IMG/VR virus record: IMGVR_UViG_3300046534_001355
DNA from: a virus
Lineage: Duplodnaviria > Heunggongvirae > Uroviricota > Caudoviricetes
Direction: 5' to 3' (one strand)
DNA length: 21,933 nt
Numbering within the stretch: the first letter of the stretch is position 1; each line of letters begins with the position of its first letter. A model generated the notes under the pieces. It saw nothing but the letters and a program-made list of their open reading frames with translations, did no database searches and had not been told where the DNA came from. The translations under genes were made by a program, and so were the position numbers. This document shows, in pieces, positions 7,834 to 14,396 of this stretch.

Positions 7834-9800
7834 TGAAATCATATCTCAATATCAATAGTTTGATTCTTGTTGGCGTTCGTAAAAACTACGTCACTACTTT
7901 TTATAAAGGTCTCAATGTTATCTACGGAGACTCTGACACAGGTAAGTCAAGTATTCTGGAGTTTATTAATTATCTTTTAGGTGCTAGTTCTATAGATTTA
8001 GCAGATGAAATAAAAACATCAGTAAACTATGCTGCTCTTGAAGTAGTGATCAATGATACTGTATTCACAATCGTAAGAGATATCTATGATCATAAAAAAT
8101 CAATAGAAGTTTATCGTTGTAAGTTTGATGATTTACATAAACACTTTCCGAAAAAATACGCTCCTAATTATAGCCCCTTATCAAATGTTGATGGCGTTTT
8201 TTCGGAGTTTTTACTTGATAGTCTTAATTTTCCAAAAATTGAAATTAAGGTGTCTCCTTCTAAAGCACATTCACAGATGCGCAGGTTAAGCTTTAGAAAT
8301 ATATATAAATTTGTTTATGTAAGTCAGGATGATATTGGTAGTAAATCATTCTTACGATTGGAGGATTGGTCCCGTTACGCATTTACGAAAGAAGTTTTTA
8401 AATACATGTTCAATGTGTTGGATGAAAGCATCGCCAGACTCCAAGGTGAAATATCTGCAAAAAGTAGTTTAGTAACGGAACTAAATAAGAAGTATCAGAT
8501 AATATCTGAATTTCTTCGCGATACAGACTATGAAACAATTGAATCAATTGATGATGAGATTAATAGGATAGATCTTATTTTAGAAGAACTTGTTGCAGGT
8601 TTGTCTGCTCTCGATAAAAATATGAAAGCGGATTCCATGCAGTATACAGAATTGAAAGATGCCCACAATTTTATTTCGCTTAAATACAAGGAGTGCATAT
8701 TAAATATTAGCACGCTTGAGGATAAGATTGATAAATATTCGCGGTTAAAAAATGACTATGATAATGATATTGAAAAACTCAAAGCGATTAAAACAGCAAA
8801 TTCTCGCATTGGTGTATTGGATAAGGAAGTATTTTCCTGTCCGATCTGTGATAGCCACATTAAAATAGATGATTCCGATTTTCCATTTGAAATTTCATCA
8901 GAAAAAGATCTTAATGAAGAGTTGAATTCACTTAGTCGACGTAGACGAAATATTAATGACATGATCTCAGAAATGTCATTTAAATTAAAAAAAGAATCTG
9001 GTTATAAAAAAGAATTAGATGAACAACTTGACGAGTTGAGAGAGTTAATTGACGAAGAAAGCCAGTCAATGATTACACCATTCTTGACTCAGAGAGATTT
9101 TTATATTAAAGAGATATCAAAAAACGAGAAGGTTAGGGAGCAGTTAGTAAAAGATTTGAAGGTTAGAAACCAGCAAGAGGAACTGCTTGAAAAGCATCAG
9201 GTACTGATAAAAGATATTGAAACATTAACTGAACGCTTGGATGCGTTAAAGAAAAACGCACCTAGTATGGAAGGCATTTTACAAGGTTTAGGTGATAGAT
9301 TTAGTCAGTATTTGAAGGGTATTAATATCAAAAACAGAACGGGGATAAAAATCTCTGAAAGATATTACACCCCTGTTATAAGAGGAAAGGAATATTTTAA
9401 AATAACGTCCGGAGGTTTGAGAACTATTTCTTCTATTGGGTATCTTTTGTCTATTCTTGATTATGCAATAGACCATAATGTTAACCATCCTTTACTTTTG
9501 ATATTTGATACGGTTGGTAAATATTTAGGGAAACAGACCAAGGAAAAATACTCAAAAGAAACTCTTGCAGTCGAGGATGACCTTGAGGGGATGTCAGACC
9601 CGATGAAGTATCAAAATATTTATGAGCAACTATTGAATACAGTTCAAAAAGCAGAAAGAAAAAATGTTCCGTGCCAGATTATATTAGTTGATAATGATTT
9701 GCCTAATTCGTTTTCTACTGGTGAACTTTCGAATATTATCGCTCATTATAGCTCGGTTGGTGAGGATGGTTTGCCTTTAGGTTTAATTGATGACCTTTAA
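7830..9800 (+). CDS. SMC/Rad50-like ABC ATPase with coiled-coil and CxxC hook (LmuB-like)
   Basis: Walker A GDSDTGKSS (res 33-40); long charged heptad-rich middle; CPIC at res 337-340, the midpoint; ABC signature-like TSGGLRT (~res 526); Walker B-like LLLIFDT (~res 555-561). Confidence 0.75.
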   Translation: MMKSYLNINSLILVGVRKNYVTTFYKGLNVIYGDSDTGKSSILEFINYLLGASSIDLADEIKTSVNYAALEVVINDTVFTIVRDIYDHKKSIEVYRCKFDDLHKHFPKKYAPNYSPLSNVDGVFSEFLLDSLNFPKIEIKVSPSKAHSQMRRLSFRNIYKFVYVSQDDIGSKSFLRLEDWSRYAFTKEVFKYMFNVLDESIARLQGEISAKSSLVTELNKKYQIISEFLRDTDYETIESIDDEINRIDLILEELVAGLSALDKNMKADSMQYTELKDAHNFISLKYKECILNISTLEDKIDKYSRLKNDYDNDIEKLKAIKTANSRIGVLDKEVFSCPICDSHIKIDDSDFPFEISSEKDLNEELNSLSRRRRNINDMISEMSFKLKKESGYKKELDEQLDELRELIDEESQSMITPFLTQRDFYIKEISKNEKVREQLVKDLKVRNQQEELLEKHQVLIKDIETLTERLDALKKNAPSMEGILQGLGDRFSQYLKGINIKNRTGIKISERYYTPVIRGKEYFKITSGGLRTISSIGYLLSILDYAIDHNVNHPLLLIFDTVGKYLGKQTKEKYSKETLAVEDDLEGMSDPMKYQNIYEQLLNTVQKAERKNVPCQIILVDNDLPNSFSTGELSNIIAHYSSVGEDGLPLGLIDDL

Positions 9801-9928
9801 TACTATACATGCATTTTTTTGAATTAGATTGCATGTGGATAATGAGTCTATTTAGTGAAGGGAAGGTTTTGTGTGACGTGACTTTCGATAAAATTCAACC
9901 GCATTAAAACCGCCCCATGAAGCGGGCG

Positions 9929-9947
9929 GGCGAGGCGGGGAAAGCAC
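9929..9947. other. cos: cos site (19-nt P2 cohesive-end sequence GGCGAGGCGGGGAAAGCAC)
   Basis: Exact occurrence of the 19-nt P2 cohesive-end sequence, between the cargo operon and Q, as in the P2 prophage map; flanked by the GT-rich packaging region. Confidence 0.75.
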
Positions 9948-10088
9948 TGCGCGCTGGCGGTGGTGCTGATTTTATTTTTTAGCGTCTCAGCGCGTCGTGA
10001 TGGCGTTTAGATTGTGCGCCGGGGCGTTGGTGTGTCTGCGGGGTGTTTTGTGCGGTGGTGAGCGTGTGAGGGCGTGATGACGGGGTGT

Positions 10089-10110
10089 AAAAAAGCCGCC
10101 CGCAGGCGGC
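10089..10110 (-). terminator. Rho-independent terminator downstream of Q
   Basis: Stem GCCGCC / GGCGGC with loop CGCA; on the minus-strand transcript the hairpin is followed by UUUUUU. Lies 6 bp past the Q stop. Confidence 0.6.
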
Positions 10111-10115
10111 GATGT

Positions 10116-11090
10116 TCAGCCGTTGTCAGTGTCCAGTGAGTAGTTTTTAAAGCGGATGACCTCCTGACCGAGCCAGCCGTTTATCTCACGGATCCTGTCC
10201 TGTAACGGGATAAGCTCATTGCGGACAAAGACCTTTGCCACTTTCTCAATATCACCCAGCGACCCGACGTTCTCCGGCTTGCCGCCCATCAACTGAAAGG
10301 GGATGCGGTGCGCGTCCAGCAGGTCTGCGGCACTGGCTTTTTTGATATTAAAAAAATCGTCCTTCGTCGCCACTTCACTGAGCGGGATAATTTTAATGCC
10401 GTCGGCTTTTCCCTGTGGGGCATAGAGAAACAGGTTTTTAAAGTTGTTGCGGCCTTTCGACTTCACCATGTTTTCGCGAAGCATTTCGATATCGTTGCGA
10501 TCCTGCACGGCATCAGTGACGTACATGATGTATCCGGCATGTGCGCCGTTTTCGTAATACTTGCGGCGGAACAGCGTGGCCGACTCATTCAGCCAGGCAG
10601 AGTTAAGGGCGCTGAGATATTCCGGCAGGCCGTACAGCTCCTGATTAATATCGGGCTCCAGCAGGTGAAACACGGAACCGGGCGCGAAGGCTGTCGGTTC
10701 GTTGAAGGACGGCACCCACCAGTAAACATCCTCCTCCACGCCACGGCGGGTATATTTTGCCGGTGAGGTTTCCAGTCTGATGACCTTACCGGTGGTGCTG
10801 TAACGCTTTTCCAGAAACGCATTACCGAACACCAGAAAATCCAGCACAAAGCGGCTGAAATCCTGCTGGGAAAGTCGCCGAAAATCGCCAGTGTGCATCA
10901 GTTCGGTCTGTCGGAAGAAACCCGGAAAGACGGTAAGAAAATTGATTATCCGGCGCGTCCTCTGCTCGGCTTTACCGGTGAGGATGTGCAGATGATTGAA
11001 GAGATTATCCTGGCTCACCTTGAGCGTTAGTTTTATCCAGGCAGAGGCTGATGCGCAATTAAACATTGAGCGGCCATGCTGGTCGCTCAA
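10116..11090 (-). pseudogene. Q: Portal protein Q, apparently 5'-truncated remnant
   Basis: Minus-strand ORF with C-terminus next to cos as in P2. Only 324 codons (P2 Q about 344), begins with TTG inside a 12-bp-arm hairpin, and the upstream partner P (terminase) is absent. Confidence 0.6.
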
Positions 11091-11095
11091 TGTTT
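11061..11095. repeat. Inverted repeat (12-bp arms AAACATTGAGCG / CGCTCAATGTTT, 11-nt loop) at the Q-side deletion junction
   Basis: Perfect 12-bp arms read directly from the sequence; overlaps the putative Q start and lies just 3' of the membrane-protein gene stop. Confidence 0.7.
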
Positions 11096-11101
11096 AGAGG
11101 C

Positions 11102-11887
11102 TTATGAGTGATTTTTATTTGATGCTTTGTATTCTACAACCTTCTTATTGGCGTAAAGGAATTTTGTATATGACAGGAATATAACCAGACCTGAAATGAA
11201 ATAGATGAGGGATATTATTAATAATGCTTTTTTTTGGCTGTTATTATCTTTAATTTCCTGACTTAACCATTCCGAGTCCTCCTCGTTTAGCTGTAAGAGC
11301 TTATTGCAGGCGATCTCAGGAAGTGTGTCTTTTATAAATATGTTTCGTAGCCTCTTGCAATCGGCAAGGCTATAAGTTTTATTGAATTCAACTGTTTTAT
11401 TGTTGAAGGATAAAAGAACTTTGTCACTATAAACATAGTACATCATATTTTTATATGGTATGCCTATGGCATCTCTTACTATAGCGGATTGTTTGTTGTG
11501 TATATAACATGCGAAGAGAATATAAATAATGCTGGACAGAATTACAATTATTGTTTTAATTATGTGTGGTGGTTTTGTTATGTCACCCCAGAAGCGAGTA
11601 AGAAAAAAATACGATGTTTTTAGTTTTCCATCAATCAGCCCCTGCTGTATCATTCTCACATCTTCGATGCCTGATACATTGATTCCGTTAATTATTTTAA
11701 ATAGTTGAATGTCGCGCCATTTTTTGTCGAGCATTTTTAACTTTCTGTCTGAATACTCAAAATTGAAATGATGTGCAATAAACCTCATAAGATTACTTTT
11801 ACCAAAGGTAATAAATGTTAATGCTATTAATAAAAATAGATACAAAGAGATAAACCACCACGCATTAGTCACATTATCACTGAACAT
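11102..11887 (-). CDS. AT-rich orphan membrane protein (3 predicted TM helices), unknown function
   Basis: 261-aa ORF with hydrophobic segments at about res 10-28, 107-127 and 222-241; GGAG 7-8 nt upstream of ATG; composition unlike the flanking backbone. Confidence 0.6.
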   Translation of the reverse strand: MFSDNVTNAWWFISLYLFLLIALTFITFGKSNLMRFIAHHFNFEYSDRKLKMLDKKWRDIQLFKIINGINVSGIEDVRMIQQGLIDGKLKTSYFFLTRFWGDITKPPHIIKTIIVILSSIIYILFACYIHNKQSAIVRDAIGIPYKNMMYYVYSDKVLLSFNNKTVEFNKTYSLADCKRLRNIFIKDTLPEIACNKLLQLNEEDSEWLSQEIKDNNSQKKALLIISLIYFISGLVIFLSYTKFLYANKKVVEYKASNKNHS

Positions 11888-11970
11888 TACGCTCTCCTCG
11901 AATGTTGTATGGTCGTTCTACAAATGAATCCAGATAGCATAACTTTTATATATTGTGCAATCTCACACGC

Positions 11971-12606
11971 ATGAACACTCTCGCAAATATTCAGGAACTC
12001 GCGCGCGCACTGCGCAACATGATTCGTACCGGCCTTGTCGTCGAAACCAACCTTAAAGCCGGTCGCTGCCGTGTGCAGACCGGTGGCATGTGCACTGACT
12101 GGCTTCAGTGGCTGACCCATCGTGCCGGACGTTCGCGCACATGGTGGGCACCTTCCGTGGGGGAACAGGTGCTGATTCTGGCTGTGGGCGGTGAACTCGA
12201 CACGGCGTTCGTTCTGCCGGGGATTTATTCCGGCGATAACCCCGCGCCGTCTGCGTCGGCGGATGCCCTGCATATCCGTTTCCCTGACGGGGCGGTGATT
12301 GAGTATGAACCCGAAACCAGTGCACTCACGGTAAGCGGAATTAAAACGGCCAGCGTGACGGCTTCTGATTCTGTTACTGCCACGGTGCCGGTGGTCATGG
12401 TGAAAGCATCAACCCGCGTCACCCTGGACACACCGGAGGTGGTTTGCACCAACAGGCTGATTACCGGCACGCTGGAAGTGCAGAAGGGCGGGACGATGCG
12501 CGGCAACATTGAACACACCGGCGGTGAACTCTCATCAAACGGTAAGGTACTGCATACCCATAAACACCCCGGCGACAGCGGCGGCACAACCGGGAGCCCT
12601 CTATGA
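11971..12606 (+). CDS. V: Baseplate spike protein V (211 aa)
   Basis: Start at MNTLANIQELARALRNMIRTG (ATG 11971); length and sequence match P2 gpV as I recall it. Confidence 0.9.
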   Translation: MNTLANIQELARALRNMIRTGLVVETNLKAGRCRVQTGGMCTDWLQWLTHRAGRSRTWWAPSVGEQVLILAVGGELDTAFVLPGIYSGDNPAPSASADALHIRFPDGAVIEYEPETSALTVSGIKTASVTASDSVTATVPVVMVKASTRVTLDTPEVVCTNRLITGTLEVQKGGTMRGNIEHTGGELSSNGKVLHTHKHPGDSGGTTGSPL

Positions 12607-12950
12607 CAGCGCGTTATCTCGGAATGAATTGCAGTGATGGCCTGACTGTCACTGACCTTGAGCATATCAGCCAGAGTATCGGCGATATCCTGCGCACACC
12701 GGTCGGCTCGCGGGTGATGCGTCGTGATTACGGCTCGTTGCTGGCGTCAATGATTGACCAGCCGCAGACCCCGGCGCTTGAGTTGCAGATTAAGGTCGCC
12801 TGTTACATGGCGGTGCTGAAATGGGAACCCCGCGTCACCCTGTCATCCGTCACCACTGAGCGCAGTTTTGACGGGCGAATGACGGTCACCTTAACCGGCC
12901 AGCACAACGACACCGGCCAGCCACTTTCGTTAACCATCCCTGTGAGTTGA
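12603..12950 (+). CDS. W: Baseplate protein W (115 aa)
   Basis: 115 aa, overlapping start/stop with V; P2 gpW length and position. Confidence 0.88.
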   Translation: MTARYLGMNCSDGLTVTDLEHISQSIGDILRTPVGSRVMRRDYGSLLASMIDQPQTPALELQIKVACYMAVLKWEPRVTLSSVTTERSFDGRMTVTLTGQHNDTGQPLSLTIPVS

Positions 12951-12954
12951 AACC

Positions 12955-13863
12955 ATGCCGATTATCGACCTGAACCAGCTACCCGCACCGGATGTGGTCG
13001 AGGAGCTGGACTTTGAAACCATTCTCGCCGAACGCAAGGCGACACTGATTTCCCTTTACCCGGAAGCCCAGCAGGAGGCGGTCGCCCGTACCCTGACGCT
13101 GGAATCCGAGCCTCTCGTCAAATTGCTGGAGGAAAATGCTTATCGTGAGCTTATCTGGCGTCAGCGTGTGAATGAGGCCGCACGGGCGGTGATGCTGGCC
13201 TGTGCCGCGGGTAATGACCTTGATGTGATTGGTGCCAATTACAACACCACGCGTCTGACTATCACCCCGGCAGATAATTCGACTATCCCGCCGACACCGG
13301 CAGTGATGGAATCTGATACCGATTATCGTCTGCGTATTCAGCAGGCGTTTGAAGGTTTAAGCGTCGCCGGGTCGGTGGGTGCCTATCAGTATCATGGTCG
13401 CAGTGCTGACGGGCGTGTCGCGGATATCTCTGTCACCAGTCCGTCTCCGGCCTGCGTCACCATCTCTGTGCTGTCACGTGAGAATAACGGTGTCGCATCC
13501 GAAGACCTGCTGGCGGTGGTGCGTAACGCCCTGAATGGCGAGGACGTCAGACCGGTGGCCGACCGCGTGACCGTGCAGTCTGCCGCCATTGTTGAATACC
13601 AGATAAACGCCACGCTTTACCTTTACCCTGGTCCCGAAAGCGAACCCATCCGCGCTGCTGCCGTGAAAAAACTGGAAGCGTACATCACGGCACAGCACCG
13701 GCTGGGGCGCGACATCCGTCTGTCTGCCATTTATGCCGCTTTGCATGTGGAAGGCGTGCAGCGTGTCGAACTGGCTGCACCGCTGGCCGATATCGTGCTT
13801 AACAGCACGCAGGCGTCTTTCTGTACTGAATACCGCGTCGTGACCGGAGGCTCGGATGAGTGA
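12955..13863 (+). CDS. J: Baseplate protein J (302 aa)
   Basis: 302 aa, P2 gpJ length and position. Confidence 0.88.
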   Translation: MPIIDLNQLPAPDVVEELDFETILAERKATLISLYPEAQQEAVARTLTLESEPLVKLLEENAYRELIWRQRVNEAARAVMLACAAGNDLDVIGANYNTTRLTITPADNSTIPPTPAVMESDTDYRLRIQQAFEGLSVAGSVGAYQYHGRSADGRVADISVTSPSPACVTISVLSRENNGVASEDLLAVVRNALNGEDVRPVADRVTVQSAAIVEYQINATLYLYPGPESEPIRAAAVKKLEAYITAQHRLGRDIRLSAIYAALHVEGVQRVELAAPLADIVLNSTQASFCTEYRVVTGGSDE

Positions 13864-14386
13864 TTCGCGACTGCTGCCGACCGGCTCATCACCGCTTGAG
13901 GTCGCCGCCGCAAAAGCCTGTGCGGAAATTGAAAAAACACCGGTCAGTATTCGTGAGCTGTGGAACCCGGACACCTGCCCGGCAAATCTGCTGCCGTGGC
14001 TGGCGTGGGCGTTTTCGGTCGACAGATGGGATGAAAAGTGGCCGGAAGCGACAAAACGCGCCGTTATCCGCGATGCGTATTTCATCCACTGTCATAAAGG
14101 CACTATAGGTGCAATCCGGCGTGTGGTGGAGCCGCTAGGCTATCTAATTAACGTAAAGGAATGGTGGGAGACAAACGACCCGCCCGGAACCTTCCGCCTT
14201 GATATCGGCGTACTGGAAAGCGGCATCACGGAGGAGATGTATCTGGAAATGGAACGGCTGATTGCCGATGCCAAACCCGCAAGTCGCCACCTTATCGGTC
14301 TGAACATTATCCAGGACATTCCCGGCTATCTGTATACAGGCGGTGTGGTCTGTGATGGTGATGTTATTACTGTTTATCCCGGATAA
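13856..14386 (+). CDS. I: Baseplate protein I (176 aa)
   Basis: 176 aa, overlaps the J stop; P2 gpI length and position. Confidence 0.88.
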   Translation: MSDSRLLPTGSSPLEVAAAKACAEIEKTPVSIRELWNPDTCPANLLPWLAWAFSVDRWDEKWPEATKRAVIRDAYFIHCHKGTIGAIRRVVEPLGYLINVKEWWETNDPPGTFRLDIGVLESGITEEMYLEMERLIADAKPASRHLIGLNIIQDIPGYLYTGGVVCDGDVITVYPG

Positions 14387-14396
14387 GTGAGAAACA

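Noticed and set aside
7830-9800. Interpretation of the 656-aa ATPase as an Old-type (ABC ATPase + TOPRIM) nuclease, as in P2 old, or as a PARIS/Gabija/Septu ATPase
   Set aside because: No TOPRIM or HNH region follows the ATPase head; the head is interrupted by about 450 aa of coiled-coil with a central CxxC, which fits SMC/Rad50/LmuB-like proteins better.
9950-10085. GT-rich repetitive tract (GGCG/GTGTG motifs) next to cos, considered as a CRISPR or REP-like array
   Set aside because: No regular repeat-spacer periodicity; it lies where the P2 packaging (cosB-like) region is expected, so it is attributed to the cos neighbourhood.
10308-10849. ORFs of 152 and 86 aa overlapping the portal remnant
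   Set aside because: Antisense or alternate-frame to the Q-like ORF; GC-rich random ORFs without motifs.
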